From the NCBI GenBank assembly GCA_008369845.1, contig MRSU01001066.1:1-43757 (forward strand): 43,757 bases of DNA, written 5' to 3'. This document shows positions 1-10,005 of this stretch, piece by piece. Numbering within the stretch: position 1 is the stretch's first letter; each line of letters opens with the position of its first letter. A program made the position numbers and the translations under genes. This stretch comes from Trichomonas gallinae. Taxonomy: Eukaryota. The notes beneath the pieces were generated by a model, which saw only the letters and a program-made list of their open reading frames with translations, was not told the origin of the DNA and searched no databases.

Positions 1-168
1 TCAATACTACTCATTGAATTATTCTATGAGAGTTATCAAATTTTTGGCCAAACCTGACTTTTGAAACGCAGTTTATATATATGCGGAATCCCAATTTCTG
101 ACATTTGTCAAAAATGAATATCTGGCATGTAAAGCGTCAAATGTCAATATTTCAAAATAAATTTTTAA

Positions 169-579
169 ATGTCAGCTTTACCGCTTCAAGATGGAGATGA
201 AGTTCTTATTAGAGACTACGACAACAATCTGATACAAGCAACAAAGGATGGCCGCATCAAAAAAGTAGATAGCGAAAACAAAAAATGCATTTTTAAATTA
301 ATTAAAAAAGGAAAAGGCAAATGGGCTATTCTGAATTTCAACAAAAAATACCTGTCTATTTCTCCTGATGGAGATCCGATTTTTACTGCTGATATTCCAT
401 TATTAACAGAAAAATTTAATTTTCATGGATTATCACCTCAAGAAATTCAAATTGAATATGAGAATCCAACAGCAACAAATAGCGATTTTTATTGGTTAAG
501 TTTGACTGCTGATTACAAATTCATTTTAACAAAAAACAAAAGCGAGCCTTCAATCTCTTTCAGATTGGAAGTTTTATAG
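169..579 (+). CDS. Small protein, probable fascin-like/beta-trefoil single domain
   Basis: 136 aa ATG ORF. Repeated pattern 'FKLIKKGKGKWAILNFNKKYLSISPDG...TEKF' and 'YWLSLTAD...SFRLE' resembles fascin/actin-crosslinking trefoil repeats (recognised by eye). Confidence 0.55.
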   Translation: MSALPLQDGDEVLIRDYDNNLIQATKDGRIKKVDSENKKCIFKLIKKGKGKWAILNFNKKYLSISPDGDPIFTADIPLLTEKFNFHGLSPQEIQIEYENPTATNSDFYWLSLTADYKFILTKNKSEPSISFRLEVL

Positions 580-1205
580 ACAAATTGTTTTTATTACTAT
601 TTGTGTTATTCTATCTAGTATTTTTCATCAAAATATCTTTTTTCGTAAAATCAAATATTGTAAATTCATCTATACATATTGTCTCTCAGAGATTGTGACA
701 TAAATTGTAATTCTTCATTTTGCTTAATTTTTCATTTCTTTCATATTGTTGAATTTTGCTTTACTGTGTTGTATTATGAATCTTCGCTCCTATATATAAG
801 CAAACCAGAAAAAATGCAATTTTACACATTTATTTGCAAAGATGTTTTTAAATTAAGTCATATATTATATATATGACTGATTTGCATTTGAAATCATTAA
901 TAATAACACTAAAAAGAACCCAGAGCACGTTTAATTGTTGCAAATTCAAAAAATGTCTGGGAACTGTAAATCTGCTTCTATGTTCTTCTAATATCCAATA
1001 AATCCAGCAAACCAAAATCTTTGAAGTCAAAATAATGTTTTTGATCTATTGAAATATATTTAAACAAAATATGAGCTTTATTTACAAAAACCATGAATCA
1101 ATAGCTGAAATATAATTTAATTTCAAAGATAGCAACAAATGAAAAAAATGCAATAAAAAATTACTAAGATAATTATTTATGAAACATGATATATATATAA
1201 TATGA

Positions 1206-2450
1206 TTACAAATTATGATGGTGGAATTGGCTTAGACCACCTTTTTGTCGTCCAACGACTGCTTTTGCTCCCGATTTCAATGTTGACGAATTCATGCGCC
1301 CAGGGGAGCTTCTTCCTAGCATAGTAGTGCTGCTGGTCTTTTTCTCGCAGTTTGCACGCTTCTTTGCGCCTGTAATAATAGTTTGCGATTTTGGCTTTTC
1401 GAAACATGGCTTTTCTGTGAGTGGGTAAAGAAGGCAGAAGTATGCCGTTGTGTTGTCGTTGATTAAACCATCTTCCAAATCTTTCGTGATTTGTTCAGCG
1501 TCTAATCCGAGTAGAGTGCATTTTTCTAGTATTGCTGGTTGTGGTTTCCATGGTTTTCGTTTGAATTTTGCGATATCTTGTATTTTTGGAACATTATAAA
1601 ATACAATCGGTTGTGGATTGACGTTTCGTACTTGTTGTAAGCCTCTTAGCCACGGGTGACTCTGCAGCTGCATTAGTGTCATTCTGTTTTGTGGCCTTAC
1701 CTCAAACATTCTCTTAATCAAATCTTGGCAGGCGGAAGAGAAGTTTCCAGGGAAAGTCAGTTTCGTGGCCTCTTCTATCAGCTGCCTGTGGTTCGTATTT
1801 TGTGGTGTAAATGGCAGCAATGCGGTCAACATTGCGTACAAACAAACGCCTAGAGACCAGACATCGCATTTCTCATCGTAGTCAGCACCAACGAGGACCT
1901 CCGGGGCAGAGAAGCCAGGTGTGCCGACAATAGTGCGCATTTTATTGCAGTAGTTTGTAGATGATAAACCAAAGTCTGTTAACTTAACGTTTCCGTTGGC
2001 ATCTAACAGAACATTTTCGAGTTTAAGGTCGCGGTGAACTAAGAAATGCATGTTGTGAAGGTGCCTGACGGCTGAGAAAAGCTGTATAAATAATTTTTGC
2101 GCTTCTGGTTCCTTTAAGCCTTTCTTCTGGTTTACCATACTCAGAAGTGTTCCTCCTGGTGCGCATTCCATGAAGAAATAGAGCTGGCTCTTGTAAACTG
2201 TTAAATTATAAAGTGAGCAAATATTTGGATGATCAACCTGCATAAAAACGCTTATTTCTCTCATGATTCCGACAAATTCGCCTTCCTGCAGCGCCGGCAA
2301 GTTTACTATCTTAACAGCTGCGTATGTTCCCGTTAATTGGTGTTTTGCTAAATGGACGCGACTAAAGCCACCGCTGCCTATCTCCTCGAGGATTTCGAAC
2401 CCATTGATAACCAATGGCTCACATGTTTCTTCTTTGGGAGGCTCAGACAT
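1206..2450 (-). CDS. CAMK-family (SNF1/MARK-like) Ser/Thr protein kinase
   Basis: GSGGFSRV, AVK, HRDLKLEN, DFG, GTPGFSAPE and DVWSLG kinase motifs are all intact. Confidence 0.95.
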   Translation of the reverse strand: MSEPPKEETCEPLVINGFEILEEIGSGGFSRVHLAKHQLTGTYAAVKIVNLPALQEGEFVGIMREISVFMQVDHPNICSLYNLTVYKSQLYFFMECAPGGTLLSMVNQKKGLKEPEAQKLFIQLFSAVRHLHNMHFLVHRDLKLENVLLDANGNVKLTDFGLSSTNYCNKMRTIVGTPGFSAPEVLVGADYDEKCDVWSLGVCLYAMLTALLPFTPQNTNHRQLIEEATKLTFPGNFSSACQDLIKRMFEVRPQNRMTLMQLQSHPWLRGLQQVRNVNPQPIVFYNVPKIQDIAKFKRKPWKPQPAILEKCTLLGLDAEQITKDLEDGLINDNTTAYFCLLYPLTEKPCFEKPKSQTIITGAKKRANCEKKTSSTTMLGRSSPGRMNSSTLKSGAKAVVGRQKGGLSQFHHHNL

Positions 2451-3045
2451 GGTAGATTTTTGACTAAAATCTAGATTTTCTCGTAAATTTACTTTTTAAC
2501 GTACGATAACTAGTTTTGATCAGCAAAAATCAGTTCTTTGGTTTTTAATCAGTTCATAGATTTACTTTTAAACAAATTTTTCGCGAAATTCAAAAATTTA
2601 ATATTTAAATCGTGCCAATTCCCTAGTTATATCCACACCTCACAACCCATACTTTACAACTCTATTCCTCACATTATCCAAAACTCGATGTTGCAATATT
2701 CTCTAAATCAAATCTCTTTAAATCACTATAAAATACTCATATATCAAATATATCCCTCCTAATAATATCAATTCTATTATAAAAATTGTTATAAAATTAA
2801 ATATTTTTTGTGTTATTTTTCAACTAAATGATAATCTATGGTTATTGCATGAAATATTTTTTGGATTTCGTGTATATATAAGTATGTCATGTTCCGATAT
2901 GAATAAAACCCTTAATAATTTCGTTCAATAAAAAATAATACTAAATGAACATTCAAATCATACAAAATATTTATCTATTATGATCCAGTAATACTGCTGC
3001 ATATGGATTTCTCGGCAAAGATGGATTTCCAAATTATAAACAAGT

Positions 3046-3768
3046 TTATTCCGGTAGATAGTGACGTAACTGATGCTTGAGCATTATATAAGAAAAGTCC
3101 CATATATTTAACTCAGGCCAAAGCTTATCTGTAACGATAATATTTGCATCTTGACATTGCATAAGTAAAAAATTCGATAATCTCATAACGCCACTTGTTC
3201 GTATAAGTAAATCGACTTTTTCATTAAGCTGTAAGTGATTGAATACGTTTTCTAGATTTGGCGTAATATTTTCTCTAAAACAATCGTCTCTTGCGTGCTC
3301 TATTTCATCGTGAGATGTGTAGCACACACATATATTGAGAATAAATTTCGGATTTTTGTCTCCTACTTCTGAAACACGCTTGATTTGATCAACCACACGC
3401 TTTTCTAGCATTTCGACGCGGCCAATAAAGTTAATTCTACATTGGTTTTTAGTAAAAAACTCTGGTTGATTTGCTAAATCTTTGAATGTAGTTTCGGCGA
3501 GATCCATAAGACCATTAATTTCTTCTTTCGATCTTTTGAAGTTTAAAATCGAAAATGCGTAAACAGAGAGGATGTGAATACCATTTAGCTCCGACATCCA
3601 CTCGATAACTTGTTTTAATTTGTCAGCACCTAATTTATGGCCAACAGTTACGCTTGAAAGATGCTCTTTTCTTGCATATCTCCTATTTCCATCCATAACT
3701 ATAGCTACATGGCGTGGAATTTCTCCGGCATTCAAGATATGAAGTAAAGCTTTTTGAAACCAATTCAT
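3046..3768 (-). CDS. DHDDS: cis-prenyltransferase (dehydrodolichyl diphosphate synthase-like)
   Basis: PRHVAIVMDGNRRYA, YAFSILNFKRS and DLLIRTSGVMRLSNFLL motifs. The ORF-track start is TTG; the first ATG is at 3768, preceded by Inr TCACTTTTT. Confidence 0.9.
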   Translation of the reverse strand: MNWFQKALLHILNAGEIPRHVAIVMDGNRRYARKEHLSSVTVGHKLGADKLKQVIEWMSELNGIHILSVYAFSILNFKRSKEEINGLMDLAETTFKDLANQPEFFTKNQCRINFIGRVEMLEKRVVDQIKRVSEVGDKNPKFILNICVCYTSHDEIEHARDDCFRENITPNLENVFNHLQLNEKVDLLIRTSGVMRLSNFLLMQCQDANIIVTDKLWPELNIWDFSYIMLKHQLRHYLPE

Positions 3769-3773
3769 CACTA

Positions 3774-3836
3774 AAAAGTGACGAGATTTTAAAAGTGACA
3801 AAAGTAATAAAAAGTGAGAATTTAAATAAAAGTGAC
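3774..3836 (-). promoter_or_regulatory. Stack of GTCACTTTT Inr-like elements (AAAAGTGAC on +)
   Basis: AAAAGTGAC at 3774, 3791 and 3828, AAAAGTGAG at 3810, AAAAGTAA at 3800, all immediately upstream of the cis-prenyltransferase ATG. Confidence 0.6.
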
Positions 3837-4362
3837 AACACCCAAACTAGCATTAAAAAATTCTCAGTCGAAATAAACTTATTTGTGTTACAGCATGAAA
3901 CCTTTTTACCTTAGAGATACATATTGCTGCACAGTGATGGTGCTGGACCAATAAAACCAACACTTATTGTCGATGGTTCTGTACCAAATCTGACGTGTAA
4001 AGTTGTCAAACAGTTTCCTATTCTGAATATTCTGATATTGTAAATTGATGTGTGTCAGATTTCTTTTAAAAAAGTGTTTATACTTGTAATTATTGTTTAA
4101 ATTCCTAACATAGTTATCTAATTCGTCGGTTATCTATTAGCTGCTTATATTTCATTTCAAAGAAATAAATGTATAATTCGAAATAACCTAGTTATTTATC
4201 TCAAACTCTATAAATAGGTACAATAGCATATGAAGGATATATTTGCTATTGTTTCTAGATCTTGCTGCAATAGGATCTTGTTTTGAAAATTTCATTAAAC
4301 TCATTTGAAATAATAGAATAATATTATAATATTATTATTTATTACTGCCGAATAATGCAGTT

Positions 4363-5130
4363 TTAGAGGAGAATGATTACTTGAATTAGAAAAAGAAATT
4401 TAAAATCTTGATATAGATTTTGTTTGCATGTTATAATGATAGGTTTTCTATAAAATCTGCATATATTTTCTTCATCGGTCATATAATTAACAGGTTTTCC
4501 TAGAAATGTCGAAGCATGATAAACTTTTCGGACGTATATGTTAATGTTCGAAGAATAACTTTTGTAAAAGTTATTACTATCATCAGGATATGGATCTATT
4601 CCACATACATAAATATCTGCGAGTTTTGAATATGAAAATAAATAAGAACCAGAAAATACTGTGCTTGCAGGAAAGACTATTTTATTTAACATATGTGTCC
4701 ATCCAAAAATACTACTTGATAGAGTTAGAGTACTTCCTTCTCCAAATTCGATTTTTTTGAGGAGATGCATAGTGGAAAAACAATACTGAGCAAGTGTTTT
4801 TACAGATGATGGGATAAATAAATAAGAAATAGATGTATTCCAAAATGTATCTGTATCTATATATGTGATTGAATTTGGAATTGAAACAGAAGTGATAAGA
4901 GTGCAAAAACAGAAGCAATATTTCGAGGTATGTGTTACTGTGTAGTATGTGTTGTTATATATGGCATAATATGGAATTTTTACGTGACCAGAAATTGAAA
5001 CGCCAGAAATTGGTGCATTTGGCCTGAGTCCAGAGCTGTTTCCAATTCTACAAGTGTATTCATCGATTATCTCAAAATAGAAGTCACCATACGTGAAATT
5101 CGAGATATTTCATTCAATGATTCAAATCAT
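4363..5130 (-). pseudogene. BspA-like (TpLRR) surface protein gene with two in-frame TGA near the start
   Basis: The frame of ORF 4363..4770 stays open up to 5109, reading ...YTVTHTSKYCFCFCTLITSVSIPNSITYIDTDTFWNTSISYLFIPSSVKTLAQYCF (TpLRR pattern). ATG at 5130 follows an Inr TCATTT, but TGA occurs at 5122-5124 and 5110-5112. Confidence 0.75.
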
Positions 5131-5592
5131 GGCATAGAAAAAAATGACATTGTAAAATAGATTTTGGCATGTATCTACTTTACATTGTCAGATTCTTTTC
5201 ATTCACTCAAAGAATTGATTCCTTTTGTTCTGCTGATATTTTTAGAGTATTTCTATTCGTTTTCATATACTTTTTCTAACATATAAGTATCATATTACTT
5301 TTTTTTATTATTGAATTCTAAATGATATCTTATTATCATATTTATCATGTTAAGCTATAATACATAAAAAACTTGTATGTTAATCAAGTATTTCTTGTAT
5401 ATTTGAATTTTTGAAAAAATATATCATCTTCAATGTGTAAAATTATTCAACCTATATTGGAATTGGTTTGAATATTATGTATCTCAAAGCATTTTTCATA
5501 ACAATACAATGATTCTTATAATATGGAAAAATCTGTTTTGTACTGCTTGAAACAGATTGAGTGTATATAAATGAGTTAGATAATTAGCTTAA

Positions 5593-6315
5593 TTACACTG
5601 ATGGAGAAACTTTTTTGACTTCAACAATTTTCTTACCACAAACATAGCATTTCCAAATGTTATTTGAGGAAACTGCTTCTGTTAAGCACTTCAAGCACAG
5701 AAATGCATGATTACAAGGCGTTACGTAAGAAATTGCTGGTTCTTCATTGCATAAACAGCAAACATGGGATTTGAACATGGTATTTTCTATTTTTTGACTA
5801 AGAATATGGTTTTCATTGTTAATATTTTCAAAATCTAAATAATTTGAAATATCATCATCGATTTCGAAAGATTTAAATTCGAGTATATTGGATTTAGAAC
5901 TTGAATGCGCTAAATCTACATAGTAATGAATACTTTCTGATATAATGTCAGATATATCCTTTAAATTTCTAGTATTTTGATTAAATTTGTTTGCCAATGA
6001 GTATAGTACAGAGCAAGTAGCGATAATAGAGTTTGCCTTTGCTAGTAAGTAACTTGTAGAGAGTTTTCGAAATGAAAATTCTGTAGGGAATCGAGATGAT
6101 ATCAGTTTGATATGTGGTAATGTAATAATAATAGTCACTTCATCGCTGTGTATATTATAACCTTGATCAAATAACAATAAAATTTTCGTGCAATCTTTTA
6201 ATTGGCTTTGATACTTATTTACTGCTGCATTTATCGATTCTCCTTCTGGTAGCATCTTTGCGTCACTAAATTTAGTAAAAATCGAGCGAAATAAATCTTT
6301 GAAACATTGATCCAT
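5593..6315 (-). CDS. C-terminal RING finger (C3HC4-type) protein
   Basis: CCLC...PCNHAFLCLKC...CYVC at the C-terminus. The track start is TTG; ATG is at 6315. Confidence 0.8.
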   Translation of the reverse strand: MDQCFKDLFRSIFTKFSDAKMLPEGESINAAVNKYQSQLKDCTKILLLFDQGYNIHSDEVTIIITLPHIKLISSRFPTEFSFRKLSTSYLLAKANSIIATCSVLYSLANKFNQNTRNLKDISDIISESIHYYVDLAHSSSKSNILEFKSFEIDDDISNYLDFENINNENHILSQKIENTMFKSHVCCLCNEEPAISYVTPCNHAFLCLKCLTEAVSSNNIWKCYVCGKKIVEVKKVSPSV

Positions 6316-6432
6316 CAAACAAACAAAAATATATGATCAATAATAATAATAAAGCATGACAAAGCAATGTTATATTTGTTGTTCTTAATTCACAAAAATT
6401 AATTATATGATAATAAAAATTATTTTAATTCG

Positions 6433-9381
6433 TTAGTTATTAGATAACTCATTCTTAAAAGCGAGCTTAAGCTCATTGATGACAGACTGAGTGAGTTTCT
6501 CGTCATTTGTTCTTGCTTCAGCAACAAATCCGTCAGCATCTTTGTAAACGAGAACAACTACGAACATTTCTGCGCATTTCGCAGCAACAGCGACAACCTT
6601 CTTTCCTTCGATTTCGCGCTTGAAAACACCACCTCTTGTTGCATCAGAAACTCCTCTGACGAGTTGTGCGACTGGAACAGCATCGCCGAATTTGATTGTC
6701 TGTGATGCAGTGCATTCTGGGAGAATAACTTCGAGGTCTTCTGAGTCAGCTGCTTGAAGGAACATTGTCGGTACTATCCTGAGCTTGCCTCTGAGCATCT
6801 CGCCAGCACCACCTGTTGGCAGAACAGTCATCTTGACGATCTTAGCCTCGAGGACTGGTTTAGTCCTATAGGCAACTTTGTGGACGGCTCTGTCGCCTGG
6901 AGCTATTTCCTGCCTCAAGCACTGAGGATGAGAATCATCGAGCGAGAATTCGACAGCAGAAATAGGAACTGTTGATGTGTTGAGGACCTGAAGAGTGACT
7001 TCGAGGCCGTTAGTTCTTGGCTGTATGTCTGTGACTGTGATTGCGATGCCTTGGCAGCTGCCGACTTGCCTGAAAACGTCATCGCTTGTGATGGATGGCA
7101 AAACCTCTCTGCGCTGAGCCAATAACTGCCTCGACTGCTTAGCGAGAAGCTCATCTTGCGAATATGGTTTGAGTTCTGGGAGCTGCTGCGTTGTAGGATC
7201 GTTGATGTTGAATGAAATCTGTGAGATCGGAGAAGCTTGTTGCTGTTTTGGTGCCTTCTTTGGTCCATCACCTTCAACTGGCAGCAACGAGCCAGATGGT
7301 TGTTCATCGAGAATTGGCATAAGTCTGCGCTGCTTCTTCGGCGGTTCCAAGTTTACTCCGAGTGTTCCGCTCAGAACGACGACTTTCTCGCCCTTCTTCT
7401 CTGCCTGCTTCTTCTTGTCCGATGGCCTCAATAAGAATAAGCTCTTGTTTGGTGCATTCGGGTCGTCGTCCTCCAAATCGTGGAGCACGAATCCGTTGTC
7501 GACTGGATCGAGATCGACAATAGCAACAGAAAGATCTAAGCCGGCTGGAATCTTGACTTTAGACTGGGCTGAAGGATCAACGGCTGCGAGAGGCTGCGAA
7601 TAAAGAGAAGCAACTGCTTGTGCGTTTGGTGAAGCGTTGAAAATGCCAACTAAAGCTGAGAGCATAGCTGCGCCTTCCTGTACTTCTGTGTAGCGAGATG
7701 CTGTGAACTTTGGCATGATGTTGGCCAAGACTTTTCCGCGAGACGATAAAAGTGAGTCGTCACTGGACTTCGCGTAGATCTTGAAAGCGTTCTGCAAGCA
7801 AGCTGACTGCGCTGATGGCTTTGTTTGCTCGATTCTGTCCTGGAGGAGGAGCTCGAATGCTTTCTGGGCCTCTTCACCTTCACTGTATTCGCCAAGAATG
7901 AAAGCAGCGACTTCTATAAAGTGTGTTTCTGTAATATTGATTTCTTTCATGAAATCAATCATTTCTGAGACGAGAGCTGGGCGAGTTGACTTGGCTCTGA
8001 GCGCCATTGTGAGGAGTTCCTCTGAAAGCTCTGAAGACTCGCAGCCGAATGAATGAACTGTCAATAAAATATTAACATACCATTCGTAATCGGTAAAACG
8101 CTCGTAAGCTGTTTCCTTGCCGTACTTGCAGATGGAAATGAGGCGGGAGACAAGTGTATCTCTAACAATGCCTGGTTTACGATTTTCAATTTGATCAACT
8201 AAATTAAGAACGATTTCACCGATGTTCTTCTTTGTAACAATGGATTCAAGTAAGTCAACAGCAATGAAAACGCATGTTTGGTCATCAGATTCGAGACAAT
8301 TCATCAAAGTTTGTCTGTGTAAGTTGATAATGCTCTGGTTGAGCTGCATGAGCCTTGTGATTGAGATTAAACCGAGATAGCGTAAGTTTGGATCCTCATT
8401 TTCGATGAATGTTTGTGCGCGATCTGCAGCAGAACGAATTAGTTCTCTGTTGCTCATGCGTAAGTTGCAGATGAGTCTAATAACTTCAAATACGACGGAA
8501 GGAGATGAAGCACTGTTGAGAACTTCATTAATCATTCCCGAAATCTTCTGGTTGAACTTTTCGAGGCTTGTTATGTCGAGTGTGGCGCCGATTGTCGAAA
8601 CAATGTTGAGTGCGCGCACTAAAATCCATGGAGAACCAGCAGCTTCCTGGAAGAAAGTAACAATCGTTGGGAGAAGAACTTTGTAGTTGGATGGGTTGTG
8701 CATGCAGAGCTCGTTAAGGAGTGTGAGTGCTGCCTGGATGACTCCTGTCTCATTTGACTTATCAGACAAAATTCCCTTAAGATTCATGGCTTTGATGCCT
8801 GGAGGGAGGCATTCTGGGAACTTGAGGCAGAGCTTGTAGAAGCATGTGATTGCTTTCTGTCTAATATCTGATCTTGGGTTATTAAAATTCAATGTTACGT
8901 TTGTAACTACGCTTTCAGCAAACGATGGTGTCGCAATAAGCGGGATCAATGTGAGAGCAAGCGATTTCTTGAACAAGTCTGCGCCTAAAAGGTCTTTATT
9001 GATGCATGATATAACCATCATGACGACATCCGAGTTTGGCGACCAAAATTGTGACGCAGCGAGATAGGCCATCATCTTTACAGAGTAGTTCTCTGACATC
9101 ATGATCTCCGAAATTGGGAAATCGGCCCAATCAACAGTAACACCTTGATAATGAAGGAAAAGGAGTTCTTGAAGTGAATCAGCCTTCTGTAACTCGTTAC
9201 CCTGGTTGCTAATAAGGCGGTCTTTCGCACGTCTGATGACTTCATTGATAACTGTGTCCATTGGAGAAGCATCAGAGCCTGGAGCTGGAGACGAACCCTT
9301 CTGGCGTGAGTCGTTGAACTTTTTAACGAGTGTTTCGACTCCTGTTCCTCCGAAAATCGCTGTAGGGATATAGGAAGTCAT
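6433..9381 (-). CDS. AP3D1: AP-3 complex delta subunit (adaptin)
   Basis: Adaptin N-terminal HEAT region (DPNLRYLGL, RFTDYEWYVNIL, EVQE motifs typical of delta), a hinge and an ear-like C-terminus. ATG at 9381 follows Inr TCACTCTTTC. Confidence 0.85.
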   Translation of the reverse strand: MTSYIPTAIFGGTGVETLVKKFNDSRQKGSSPAPGSDASPMDTVINEVIRRAKDRLISNQGNELQKADSLQELLFLHYQGVTVDWADFPISEIMMSENYSVKMMAYLAASQFWSPNSDVVMMVISCINKDLLGADLFKKSLALTLIPLIATPSFAESVVTNVTLNFNNPRSDIRQKAITCFYKLCLKFPECLPPGIKAMNLKGILSDKSNETGVIQAALTLLNELCMHNPSNYKVLLPTIVTFFQEAAGSPWILVRALNIVSTIGATLDITSLEKFNQKISGMINEVLNSASSPSVVFEVIRLICNLRMSNRELIRSAADRAQTFIENEDPNLRYLGLISITRLMQLNQSIINLHRQTLMNCLESDDQTCVFIAVDLLESIVTKKNIGEIVLNLVDQIENRKPGIVRDTLVSRLISICKYGKETAYERFTDYEWYVNILLTVHSFGCESSELSEELLTMALRAKSTRPALVSEMIDFMKEINITETHFIEVAAFILGEYSEGEEAQKAFELLLQDRIEQTKPSAQSACLQNAFKIYAKSSDDSLLSSRGKVLANIMPKFTASRYTEVQEGAAMLSALVGIFNASPNAQAVASLYSQPLAAVDPSAQSKVKIPAGLDLSVAIVDLDPVDNGFVLHDLEDDDPNAPNKSLFLLRPSDKKKQAEKKGEKVVVLSGTLGVNLEPPKKQRRLMPILDEQPSGSLLPVEGDGPKKAPKQQQASPISQISFNINDPTTQQLPELKPYSQDELLAKQSRQLLAQRREVLPSITSDDVFRQVGSCQGIAITVTDIQPRTNGLEVTLQVLNTSTVPISAVEFSLDDSHPQCLRQEIAPGDRAVHKVAYRTKPVLEAKIVKMTVLPTGGAGEMLRGKLRIVPTMFLQAADSEDLEVILPECTASQTIKFGDAVPVAQLVRGVSDATRGGVFKREIEGKKVVAVAAKCAEMFVVVLVYKDADGFVAEARTNDEKLTQSVINELKLAFKNELSNN

Positions 9382-9630
9382 GAAAGAGTGAATTGGCAGA
9401 TTGACATGATTTTGACACAAAAAGATTTTGCCTTTTTAATTTAATTGTTCGTGTCTTTATATGATATTTAATCGAATTTTACATTCAAAATCCAAAAATC
9501 TCGAAAATTAAAAATTTGAAAATTTGAAATCCTGACTTTACGGATTTTAATCACGATTTTCTTAATACACCAATTATATGAACAATGATAATAGACTTGA
9601 AATTACTTTATTGTCTTTGGATTCAAATTT

Positions 9631-9663
9631 TGTCATGTAAATAGCCATTATATTTACGTGACA
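9631..9663. promoter_or_regulatory. Inverted repeat TGTCATGTAAATA-N7-TATTTACGTGACA
   Basis: 13-bp arms with one mismatch, ~250 bp upstream of the AP-3 delta ATG. Confidence 0.6.
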
Positions 9664-10005
9664 AATAATAAATCTAAATCTAAATCATCAGAAAAGGGTG
9701 AATAATTTTTTTACCAATAAAATATCTTTTTTCCACATGCATCTTTCATACCAAGTATTGTATCTATATAAGGAACATTTAAAATGTGTTTGATAATTTC
9801 ATGATGATGGCTTTTGTAAAGCAAGAATTAATGCAGTGATGCCATCGAATTTATACAAATAAATTCAAAGTACAGTGTAAAGGAATTTAAGACCTCAACT
9901 ATTGTCGTTTTGAAACTGAGATTAAACATTATGTTTATAAATAAAGCAAAATAATTTGAAATTAAAAATACAGTTTAAATAATGATATTAACAATTTGTC
10001 AATTG

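Noticed and set aside
640..1030. Short ORFs 679..876 and 848..1030; minus-strand text looks faintly coding
   Set aside because: TTG starts, many stops in all frames, no recognisable domain. At most an unidentifiable gene relic.
5110..5124. TGA reassigned to Trp or Sec genome-wide
   Set aside because: TGA terminates the genes ending at 10006, 18705, 37034 and 40336, Trp is encoded by TGG in the same ORF, and no SECIS was recognised.
6754..9067. Many antisense and alternate-frame ORFs inside AP-3 delta (and likewise inside other large genes)
   Set aside because: Shadows of codon bias in the real genes; no motifs.
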